From an uncultured Planctomycetaceae bacterium (GTDB lineage Bacteria > Planctomycetota > Planctomycetia > Planctomycetales > Planctomycetaceae), in NCBI GenBank assembly GCA_963976765.1, contig CAXBME010000012.1:124001-188000 (forward strand): a DNA stretch of 64,000 nucleotides, read 5' to 3'. The position numbers and the translations under genes are program-made. Under the pieces are notes generated by a model. The model was not told the origin of the DNA and searched no databases. It saw only the letters and a program-made list of their open reading frames with translations. This document shows, piece after piece, positions 46,081 to 54,927 of this stretch; the first letter of the stretch is position 1, and every line of letters starts with the position of its first letter.

Positions 46081-46311
46081 ATCGGCGTCATCCAGAATCG
46101 ACCGTCAGGCGGACGAGCCCAGAATACCAGAAAACGAAACAAGGCTGGCCAGCAGTCCGTCGGGCTATTGTGGCACCGGTCTGTAACGTCACTAACTGAA
46201 GCAACGGTTTCAGTCGCGATAAATATTTTCGAGCATCACAGACAAAGACGCTGCGAACGTTCGGGGCTACTCGTTCGCGAGCCAACATCTTCATCAGAAG
46301 GAGCGTCCCTC

Positions 46312-48933
46312 ATGCAAGAGGGTCTTCGAGATTCAACATTCAAACGGCGTCTGCAAATCCTGTGGGTTATCGCCGCAACAATTCTGCTGTCTGGACTTCC
46401 GGAGACTCTCCGGGCTGACTTCGTTGATCGAGTCATTAAAGACGAATCCGGCGAGCATCGTTACACCGTTTTTCTTCCAGAAGACTACTCAGCCGACAAA
46501 AAGTGGCCGGTCATCCTGTACCTTCACGGTGCCGGCGAACGAGGGAACGATGGAAAGCGGCAACTGACGATTGGCCTGGCACCGGCGATCGAAAAGCGAA
46601 AAGCAACGTTTCCGTTCATCGCTATTTTTCCTCAATGCGAAGACACCAGTGCGAGATACCTGGCTGGCTGGCTGGCGAACGGCCCTGACGCGCAACGTGC
46701 CTTGAAGATTCTCGACGAAGTGGAACGCGACTATTCGATCGACACGTCTCGCCGCATCCTGACCGGCTGGTCGATGGGCGGGTATGGCACCTGGAGTATC
46801 GCAGCGGCCACGCCCTCAAAGTGGCAGGCAATCCTCCCGCTTGCCGGTGGCGGTGCAGATCTTGCCGAAAAGCTCGTCCACCTTCCGATCTGGGCGTTTC
46901 ACGGCTCGGACGATGCAGCCATTCGTCCTTCTCAATCCCGTCGCACGGTTGCCGCTCTACGTTCGGCAGGAGCAGAACCCCGCTATACCGAAATTTCCGG
47001 TGGCAAGCACGACATCACGCATATCGTCTACGACACTGATGCGGTGATTCAGTGGATGCTCGACCCGAACGGCGACCATCCACGGGCGCTCGCGTTGCGA
47101 GTTCCGATTGACGATGCACCGGTCGACAATTCTCCGTTCATTCCGGCATTGGATCTTGAAGGCGCGGCAACGATCCGGCTGGGCAATACCATGCTGGACG
47201 CACTGGCGATGGCGATCCCCGATCTACTTCCCAAAGATCTGATGCGAGGTTCACTGCCCGACATTTACGACGGAACTGTCGTCGAAGGTCGTCAGTTCCA
47301 GATCACGTTCGGCAGCATTTCCTACTCGGCCAACGTGTGGCGAGTTCGGTTGAACGCGTATCGAAAAGATCGGCTGAACGTGCAGATTGGCGTACAGAAC
47401 GCGGTTCTCAGAATTGGTGGCACGTCGGTTATTGGTCGCGATCACTCAGCGTCAACCGGGCCGATCGACATCGTCATCGGGCATCGGGATCCCGTCTGGC
47501 TGAGTTTCGACGTGACGCCGTATATCAAAGATCGCCGTTTACGGCTGAAACCAGTTGGCACACGTTTCGATATTCCGTACGACAACTGGTATGTCACCGC
47601 CCCGGCTGGTGTCAGTGTGCGAGGATTCGGGATGACTCGCGACAAGGTTTCACAGGGACTGGTCGAAGGTCTGTACGGAAACAAGGCCAGGATCGAGCAG
47701 GAAGTTCGCGGTCTGGTGCCGTCTCTTGTCGCGGCGATGGAAGAGAAGCTTGAACTTGACCAGGCCAACGGAATGATCGGCAGCTTCTGGCCGTTGCCCG
47801 TCTTCCGCCCTCGAGTTCGTATCTGGCCGCAGGATGTCTCGACTGATGAATCAGGGATCTCAGTCGTGCTTGGTCTTACCGCCGCGGCTGTGACTCCCGA
47901 ATCCGCCCCCGACAAGCCGGCTCGACAGGTCGTCACAAACGTCACAGCCGAGGCCGTTAGCCGAACGACTGATCTTGAAGTCTCAATTGCCCCAAACATT
48001 CTTGAGGGGCTGACAAAACTTCTGGTGGCTGCTGACGTCGCAAAGATCAATGTGCTCGACATTCCCGATGCGTCCTTCGCGGGGCTGGCTGACCGATCCT
48101 CACTGACTCGAGCGTTCCCCGAACTGGCATCACTTGGACCAGATGTCCGAGTTTCAACGGTGCTGCACCTTGCCGATCCGATCGCGATTGGCAGCAACCC
48201 AAAGAACGACGGCATGCAGTTCCAGGCTTCTGGGCTGCTGTTCACTGTTTCAACGCGTGCTGCTAATGAGCGAGGCAACTGGAAGCCGTTCGCGAATATC
48301 CGATACTCAGTCGATCAGGGAACGCTTACGTCACTCGAACGAGTTTCCAACGAAGCTCGCGCTCTACAGTTGAAGTGGGAAGGTCAACCCATCGTTGACG
48401 TGAACGCCGAATTTGCCGTCGGATACACACCGACGGACGCCACAATTCACAAGGATGCGTTACTTAAACATTTCAGGGAATCCTGGAATCGCTGGACGGC
48501 TCAGGGCCCGGCATCACAGACGATTATCCCCGACATCGATCTCGGTCTGACTCAGCTCAGACTGTCGGATGTTTCCTGGAAAAGCCCTGCCTTATCAGTC
48601 ACTTTTTCTCCACCGGGCGTCAAATTGACAAACAGCAGCGAGGAGAATCTCGTCTACGAAACAAAGGGGCCCTTCAGTGGATGGGGAGGGCCGTACACGC
48701 TCGAACCTGGCAAGTCGCACGACTACCCCATTGCGTACCCGCTTATTTATCGGCGACGCATTGACGGCGAATACGTGCAGTACGCACTCGCCCCCGGGTC
48801 GCACTCTGAATTTCGCAAGCCGCAGGCTGGCGGTGCCCCCAGACTGTTCAAAGCCAGAGAGGGCCTGGACGTCGGTACGGTTAAAGCGACTTCTACCAAA
48901 TCCAATGAGCCAGAGAACGAACCGCAACCGTAA
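46312..48933 (+). CDS. Exported alpha/beta-hydrolase (esterase/peptidase-like) with a long C-terminal region of possible BPI/LBP-like fold
   Basis: Signal-like helix; YLHGAGERG, GWSMGG nucleophile, FHGSDD, GGKH; about 600 aa beta-rich C-terminus. Confidence 0.8.
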   Translation: MQEGLRDSTFKRRLQILWVIAATILLSGLPETLRADFVDRVIKDESGEHRYTVFLPEDYSADKKWPVILYLHGAGERGNDGKRQLTIGLAPAIEKRKATFPFIAIFPQCEDTSARYLAGWLANGPDAQRALKILDEVERDYSIDTSRRILTGWSMGGYGTWSIAAATPSKWQAILPLAGGGADLAEKLVHLPIWAFHGSDDAAIRPSQSRRTVAALRSAGAEPRYTEISGGKHDITHIVYDTDAVIQWMLDPNGDHPRALALRVPIDDAPVDNSPFIPALDLEGAATIRLGNTMLDALAMAIPDLLPKDLMRGSLPDIYDGTVVEGRQFQITFGSISYSANVWRVRLNAYRKDRLNVQIGVQNAVLRIGGTSVIGRDHSASTGPIDIVIGHRDPVWLSFDVTPYIKDRRLRLKPVGTRFDIPYDNWYVTAPAGVSVRGFGMTRDKVSQGLVEGLYGNKARIEQEVRGLVPSLVAAMEEKLELDQANGMIGSFWPLPVFRPRVRIWPQDVSTDESGISVVLGLTAAAVTPESAPDKPARQVVTNVTAEAVSRTTDLEVSIAPNILEGLTKLLVAADVAKINVLDIPDASFAGLADRSSLTRAFPELASLGPDVRVSTVLHLADPIAIGSNPKNDGMQFQASGLLFTVSTRAANERGNWKPFANIRYSVDQGTLTSLERVSNEARALQLKWEGQPIVDVNAEFAVGYTPTDATIHKDALLKHFRESWNRWTAQGPASQTIIPDIDLGLTQLRLSDVSWKSPALSVTFSPPGVKLTNSSEENLVYETKGPFSGWGGPYTLEPGKSHDYPIAYPLIYRRRIDGEYVQYALAPGSHSEFRKPQAGGAPRLFKAREGLDVGTVKATSTKSNEPENEPQP

Positions 48934-49021
48934 TTTCAGTCACTGCCTGATCTGCTGAAACGCCACCAGTTCTGAGCCTCATTCGTCAGCTGATTAACTC
49001 ACAACATAAGAAACGAATCCC

Positions 49022-50350
49022 GTGCACAAGTCAGATGCCGACAAGTTTCTAAACCTCAGCGTCAGCACACTTGCTCACTGCATACTGGCCTGCGCAGCAC
49101 TCTTTCTGGCCGGATTTGACGCTTCGTCAGCCAATATTATCAGTGGTCAGACGATGGGAACTTCCTACCGGATCGTTCTGGCCGATCCACTGCCTGCAGC
49201 CGGGCTGGCTGCAATTCGGGCGGATGTTGATCAGGCGTTGAACCAACTCGAAGATCAGATGTCGACGTGGCGTCCAGACTCGGAGCTGTCCCGCTTCAAC
49301 TCTTCAACGTCGACTGACTGGTTTCCGGTTTCGCAAGACACAGCGTTCGTCGTTTCAGAAGCGAAGCGAATCTGGAAGATCAGCGCCGGCGCGTTTGACC
49401 CGACGGTCGCACCGCTCATCAAACTCTGGCACTTCGCAGAAGCCCCCGGTGAGCAGAAGCTTCCCTCAGATTCCGAAGTCGACCAGGCAAGGTCCGCAGT
49501 CGGGTTTGAAGAGATCGACGTTCGACTTGTCCCACCAGCCCTGTTGAAAAAACGCCCGGAACTTCAGTTGAACCTTTCAGCCATCGCCAAAGGATATGCC
49601 GTTGACCTTGTCTCGAAACTTCTGACGGAACAGGTCTCGGGTGGCCACCTGGTGGAAATTGGCGGCGAGATGCGAAGTTTCCGTCGCAAGGCAGACGGCA
49701 GTTCCTGGACGGCGGGAATTGAGACTCCGGACGCTCTGCCTCGTCAGATTCATGCGGCGTTGCGGCTGGACGATCAGTCACTGGCCACTTCAGGTGATTA
49801 CCGGAATTACTTTGAAGTCGACGGACGGCGATACTCACACACGATTGATCCAGCGACCGGTCGACCGGTTACCCACAACCTCACGTCCGTTTCCGTTCTG
49901 GCGAAAGACTGCCTGACAGCCGACGCACTGGCAACGGCGATCGAAGTGCTCGGGCCTGAACGCGGCCTGGAACTGGCCGAACGGGAAAACCTCGCGACTT
50001 ACTTCATCATGCGAAACGACGACGGATTCGAAATCCGGGTGTCGGAAACGTTTCCTCTGGTCGTCGGCGCTGTTCCTCCGACAGACTCTGCAAACGAAGC
50101 GAATCCGATTGTCGCGACGGTCCTGGCCGCTGTCGGCATCTTTGCTCTCGCCATCGCAGGCATGGCCGTGGGAGTAATTTTCAGCAATCGAACAATTAAA
50201 GGAAGCTGCGGCGGGCTCGCCAATATGCCGGGCCAGGATGGTAAATCAATCTGTGAATTGTGTACCGTTCCTGCCGAAGAGTGCCGCGACGAGGCAATGA
50301 GGAAAATCCGCCAGCAAGCGGAGTGCTCCGACAGCGGTTTTGAGGTTTAA
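49022..50350 (+). CDS. apbE: FAD:protein FMN transferase ApbE with C-terminal NqrM (DUF539)-like fusion
   Basis: TMGT, AFDPTV, SAIAKGYAVD, EIGGE, ATSGDYRNY, YSHTIDP, ADALAT; C-terminus GMAVGVIF...IKGSCGGL...CELC. Confidence 0.93.
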   Translation: MHKSDADKFLNLSVSTLAHCILACAALFLAGFDASSANIISGQTMGTSYRIVLADPLPAAGLAAIRADVDQALNQLEDQMSTWRPDSELSRFNSSTSTDWFPVSQDTAFVVSEAKRIWKISAGAFDPTVAPLIKLWHFAEAPGEQKLPSDSEVDQARSAVGFEEIDVRLVPPALLKKRPELQLNLSAIAKGYAVDLVSKLLTEQVSGGHLVEIGGEMRSFRRKADGSSWTAGIETPDALPRQIHAALRLDDQSLATSGDYRNYFEVDGRRYSHTIDPATGRPVTHNLTSVSVLAKDCLTADALATAIEVLGPERGLELAERENLATYFIMRNDDGFEIRVSETFPLVVGAVPPTDSANEANPIVATVLAAVGIFALAIAGMAVGVIFSNRTIKGSCGGLANMPGQDGKSICELCTVPAEECRDEAMRKIRQQAECSDSGFEV

Positions 50351-50379
50351 AGTCAGTGTCTTTACCTGAAAGTCTACCG

Positions 50380-52644
50380 ATGCGTTTTATATTCTCGCTC
50401 TTCGTTTGCCTGAGCCTGTTCTCCAGAGTCTCGGCCGCCGACGCTGTTCTGGTTGAAGCGGAGAGCTTCTCTGCCCACGGTGGTTGGAAGCTGGATACTC
50501 AATTCATCGACACGATGGGGTCTCCTTACCTGTTGGCTCATGGATTGGGGCGACCAGTGAAGGATGCGACGACCACTGTCCAGGTGCCGTCAACCGGCAC
50601 GTATCGCGTCTTTGTCCGAACGATTGACTGGGTCGCTAAATGGGGCGCCAAAGGTCAGCCCGGACGGTTTGAGTTGTCATTCAACGGCCAGCGGCTGAAA
50701 GAAACGTTCGGAACAAAGTCTGCTGAATGGAGCTGGCATGACGGCGGCACAGTTTCCATTGACTCGAAGGATGTCGAAATCGGCCTGCACGACCTGACCG
50801 GCTTTGACGGTCGCTGCGACGCCATCTTTCTCACAAAGAGCAATCAGGCTCCCCCGGATGACTCGACCATTCTCGCTGACTGGCGTCGCGAACTACTTGG
50901 CCTCGACAAAGAATCGACACCTCGCGGCCCTTACGATCTGGTCGTCGTCGGCGGCGGTTATGCAGGGATGGGGGCAGCGATTTCCGCCGCACGCATGGGC
51001 TGCAAAGTGGCCCTCGTGCAGAATCGCCCCGTCCTTGGTGGAAATGGCTCCAGTGAAGTCCGTGTCTGGGCGATGGGAAATATCCGTCGCGGCAAATACC
51101 CTCGCATCGGTGAGATCATCGAAGAGTTCTGCGATCACGCGAAAAAATCTCCAGGCACATACGAGGAATTCGGCGACGCTCAGAAAGAGGCTATCGTTCG
51201 CGCAGAAAAAAACATCGACCTGTTCCTCAACCATCACGCCTACAAAGTTGATACCCAGGACAACCGAATTGTCGCGATTCATGCCTTTGACACTCGAACC
51301 AGCGAACATTCACGCTTCACCGGAAAGCTCTTTTCGGATTGCACCGGACACGGCACGATCGGATACCTCGCCAAAGCCGACTGGAACATGGCGGAAGACG
51401 GTCGCATGGGGATGAGCAATATGTGGGCGTGGGCGAACGCCGAAACTCCCACCACCTACCCGCAGACGCCGTGGGCGCTCGACCTCGACATGAAAGACTT
51501 TCCATACCCACGCGACTTCCACGGCCAATGGTTCTGGGAGAGCGGTTTCGACAAAGACCCACTGGGTGGTGCCGAGTCAATCCGAGACTGGAACCTGCGA
51601 GCGGTCTACGGCGCCTTCAATGCCATGAAAAACCGCGATGGAGCCGCCGAGCACAAGAACGCATTCCTGACCTGGGTGGCGTACATTGGTGGACCTCGCG
51701 AGTCCCGCCTTCTACAGGGCGACGTCGTGCTGACTCAGGACGACATTGTGGCGAAGAAAGATTTCCCAGACGGCTGTGTGCCGAGCACCTGGTCAATCGA
51801 CCTCCATTATCCGAAAGAGCAATACGCGGAAAAGTTCAAAGACAACCCGTTCATTTCATACGCTGTTCACGACCGCCGAGTCGATCGCTCATATGGATAC
51901 CCTGTGCCCTACCGATGCTTCTACTCGCGAAACATCGACAATCTGTTCATGGCGGGACGCTGCATCAGCGTGACGCATCAGGCACTCGGCACCGTTCGCG
52001 TCATGAAAACCTGCGGCATGATGGGTGAAGTCGTCGGAAAGGCCGCGTCGATCTGCACTCTGCAAAGCTGTACGCCACGAGACGTCTATGAGCGATACCT
52101 CGACGAACTGAAAACGTTGCTCGAACTTCCCGGCAAGGCTCACCGCGAGACAGTCTCCAGCAAAATCATCATCCCAGCCGACTCTCTACCACTGGCTGGC
52201 TCCAATGGTCCAATACCAGGCATCGATCCAGCGAAACTGGAAGGTCTCGTACTCGATGACCGCCAGGCCAAGAAGGAAGGCAAGTGGACGGAAGGAACAG
52301 GGCTTAAAGGCTTTGTTGGGTGGGGCTACTCTTACGCCGGAGCCGGCAGCAACTCGAAGCTGACCTGGAAATTCAACGCACCATCAACCGGAAAATTCGA
52401 CATCCGAATCAGCTACCAGCCGCACGAAAATCGATCGACAAAAGTAATGGTGAGCGTTGACATTGATTCCGATGAGTCCGTTACCGTGCTCAATATGCGG
52501 AAAGCTGCGCCGTTGGAGAACGGGTTTGCCAGCCTGGGTACGTACTCACTTGAGAAAGGCGAGTCAGTTGCAGTCATCATTTCAACGACTGGCTCAGACG
52601 GTAATGTCCACGCTGACGCATTGCAGGTTGTGCCGGTTAAGTAA
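50380..52644 (+). CDS. Exported FAD-dependent oxidoreductase with C-terminal xanthan-lyase/golvesin-like beta domain
   Basis: Signal peptide; VVVGGGYAG, LGGNGSSE, DCTGHG, RESRLLQGD, NLFMAGRCIS, RVMKTCG; C-terminus HADALQ. Confidence 0.88.
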   Translation: MRFIFSLFVCLSLFSRVSAADAVLVEAESFSAHGGWKLDTQFIDTMGSPYLLAHGLGRPVKDATTTVQVPSTGTYRVFVRTIDWVAKWGAKGQPGRFELSFNGQRLKETFGTKSAEWSWHDGGTVSIDSKDVEIGLHDLTGFDGRCDAIFLTKSNQAPPDDSTILADWRRELLGLDKESTPRGPYDLVVVGGGYAGMGAAISAARMGCKVALVQNRPVLGGNGSSEVRVWAMGNIRRGKYPRIGEIIEEFCDHAKKSPGTYEEFGDAQKEAIVRAEKNIDLFLNHHAYKVDTQDNRIVAIHAFDTRTSEHSRFTGKLFSDCTGHGTIGYLAKADWNMAEDGRMGMSNMWAWANAETPTTYPQTPWALDLDMKDFPYPRDFHGQWFWESGFDKDPLGGAESIRDWNLRAVYGAFNAMKNRDGAAEHKNAFLTWVAYIGGPRESRLLQGDVVLTQDDIVAKKDFPDGCVPSTWSIDLHYPKEQYAEKFKDNPFISYAVHDRRVDRSYGYPVPYRCFYSRNIDNLFMAGRCISVTHQALGTVRVMKTCGMMGEVVGKAASICTLQSCTPRDVYERYLDELKTLLELPGKAHRETVSSKIIIPADSLPLAGSNGPIPGIDPAKLEGLVLDDRQAKKEGKWTEGTGLKGFVGWGYSYAGAGSNSKLTWKFNAPSTGKFDIRISYQPHENRSTKVMVSVDIDSDESVTVLNMRKAAPLENGFASLGTYSLEKGESVAVIISTTGSDGNVHADALQVVPVK

Positions 52645-52673
52645 CACGACGGATTCGATGACGGATCGGTGTT

Positions 52674-54914
52674 ATGGATCATGTACCTGTAAATCTTCGG
52701 CTGCCAGTTGTTCGCGAATCGCCGCTTCAGCCTCGTAGAAAACGACCGGTTCGAGCGATCGTTCTACACGTCCTGCGGCTGGGGCTTGTTGTCCTGATAC
52801 TGTTGCTGATCCGGCAGCAGCACCGCAGCTATCTGGCTGCCGAGGCGTCGCGCGATCAGCAGCCGATCGACACCGGGCTCCTGCGGATGTTCTTCCCGGC
52901 AGTCGCCGAAGGTGGAATGTTCGACGCCAGTCGCCGCACTCAGCAGGTCGTCGACTCGACCGGCGAGCCCATCGGTTTTGTCGTCCAGACATCGCCGCAG
53001 TCTGACGGGATCATTGGTTTCTCCGGACCGACGAACGTGCTGATGGCCTTCGACACGGACGAACGAATCATCGGCCTGAAGATTCTCTGGAGCCGTGACA
53101 CGCGGGAACATGTTGAACTCATTGAGCGACAGAGCGAGTTTCTTCATTCCTGGGATGGCACTTCGTGGAACGATGCCGCGAATCGAACTTTCGTCGACGG
53201 AGTATCCGGCGCCACGCTTACCAGTCTGGCGATCGCCGAATCGATTGCGACGCGTCTCGGTGGCAGCATCCCGTCGCTAAGGTTTCCCGAGCCGCTGAAT
53301 GTCTCGGAAATCGCTTTGCAGTTTCCGATGGCGTCCGCACTTTCTCCCGATCCACGACGCCCTGCTCTGCACCGGATTCTCGACACATCTGGTTCGCTGC
53401 TGGGCTACGTGTTTCGTACGTCCCCAGCCGCTGACAATCTTGTCGGCTATCAAGGTCCGACAGACACGTTGATCATGCTGGACGCCGAGGAAAAAGTTCT
53501 CGGCATCCGGCTTCGCCACAGCTTCGATAACGAACCGTACGTCAGATACGTGAAGGATGAGGATTACTTTCTGAATCTGTTTAACGGCCGTTCGCTGACA
53601 GAACTTGCGAAGCTGGATCTTTTCGAAGCTCGGGTCGAGGGCGTCTCAGGAGCAACGATGACCAGTATGAACGTCGCCGATGCGATCGTATTGGCAGCCA
53701 GTCGCGCGGCCACAGAAGTGAAGTCAGTCGCTTCAGCGACGTCTTCATCTTCGATGCCGAATACTCGTCAGCTGGCGACGCTGACGGTTCTGGTTTCCGG
53801 CCTGATCATCGGCCTCAGCCGACTCAGGAAGTTCCGCATCGCACGACTGGCTCTCCTGGCAGCGGTCATCTCAGTCATTGGCCTTCTCAATGGGGACATG
53901 ATTTCGCTGGCGACACTGGCTGGCTGGGCTCAGAACAACGTCCCATGGGAAATCGCGGTCGGACTGGTCGCCATCTCTATCGCCGCCGTCATTGTCCCGG
54001 CCACATCCAGGAGCCAGATTTACTGTCACCAGCTATGCCCGCACGGAGCGGTCCAGCAACTCGTAAAAAAACGTCTGCCCCTTCAACCGCAGTTGCCTCG
54101 CTGGCTGCATCAAACTCTGCCACTTCTCCCATTCGGGCTGCTCGCCTGGTGCATCGTTGTCAGCATGCTGCATCTACCATTCAGCCTGGTGGACCTGGAA
54201 CCTTTCGACGCGTGGGTCTTTCAGGCCGCTGGTACTGCCACCATCACAATCGCAATCGTCGGGCTGGGAGCGTCGCTGTTTATTCCCATGGCTTATTGCC
54301 GATACGGATGTCCCACCGGTGCCTTTCTTGATTTCATCCGTTTCAACTCGCGCAGCGACGTCTGGTCCCGCGCCGACTGGCTGGCAACATCTCTGCTACT
54401 GCTCGCCGTGCTGCTCCGGTACGTTTTCCCAACAGGCTCACTTGAGGATGTCGATTTTCAGGCGATCGCAGAATCAGCTCGAGCCTGGGGGGCCGACCAT
54501 AAGGCTGCTCTGCAATGGCTGACGTTGTCTTCGATTGTACTTTTCGTCGGTTCGCTGCTGATGGTTCCGTGGCTGGTGGCGAGAATTCCGACTGACTATT
54601 TCATGCCGAAATCAAAGGGGCATTTACGATTCCGGCACCAACATCCGGTTGTGTCACTGCTCGGTCGATTCTTCAAGAACCTGCTGGGGGGCGTGCTTCT
54701 GCTGGCAGGTATCGCCATGCTGATCCTGCCGGGCCAGGGGCTGTTGACGATTCTTCTGGGAGTCATGCTGATCGATTTCCCTGGTAAACGACGACTGGAA
54801 ATCCTGATCATTCGTCGTCGCGCTATAAACCGCGGCGTCTGCTGGATTCGCCGTCGAGCTGGCCAGGAAGAACTCCTTTTGCCAGAGTCAGACACAGACA
54901 CCGATCCTGAATAA
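52674..54914 (+). CDS. Membrane protein with two FMN-binding domains, a NosR-like Cys-motif membrane domain and a C-terminal PGPGW-like domain
   Basis: DGVSGATLTS and EGVSGATMTS flavinylation motifs; YCHQLCPHG and YCRYGCPTG; C-terminus IPTDYF...LPGQGLLTILLG...DFPGK. Confidence 0.87.
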   Translation: MDHVPVNLRLPVVRESPLQPRRKRPVRAIVLHVLRLGLVVLILLLIRQQHRSYLAAEASRDQQPIDTGLLRMFFPAVAEGGMFDASRRTQQVVDSTGEPIGFVVQTSPQSDGIIGFSGPTNVLMAFDTDERIIGLKILWSRDTREHVELIERQSEFLHSWDGTSWNDAANRTFVDGVSGATLTSLAIAESIATRLGGSIPSLRFPEPLNVSEIALQFPMASALSPDPRRPALHRILDTSGSLLGYVFRTSPAADNLVGYQGPTDTLIMLDAEEKVLGIRLRHSFDNEPYVRYVKDEDYFLNLFNGRSLTELAKLDLFEARVEGVSGATMTSMNVADAIVLAASRAATEVKSVASATSSSSMPNTRQLATLTVLVSGLIIGLSRLRKFRIARLALLAAVISVIGLLNGDMISLATLAGWAQNNVPWEIAVGLVAISIAAVIVPATSRSQIYCHQLCPHGAVQQLVKKRLPLQPQLPRWLHQTLPLLPFGLLAWCIVVSMLHLPFSLVDLEPFDAWVFQAAGTATITIAIVGLGASLFIPMAYCRYGCPTGAFLDFIRFNSRSDVWSRADWLATSLLLLAVLLRYVFPTGSLEDVDFQAIAESARAWGADHKAALQWLTLSSIVLFVGSLLMVPWLVARIPTDYFMPKSKGHLRFRHQHPVVSLLGRFFKNLLGGVLLLAGIAMLILPGQGLLTILLGVMLIDFPGKRRLEILIIRRRAINRGVCWIRRRAGQEELLLPESDTDTDPE

Positions 54915-54927
54915 TTCGAGACAGAGC

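Noticed and set aside
46195..46222. Possible REP remnant (tgaagcaacggtttcagtcgcgat)
   Set aside because: Too degenerate and no clear partner arm.
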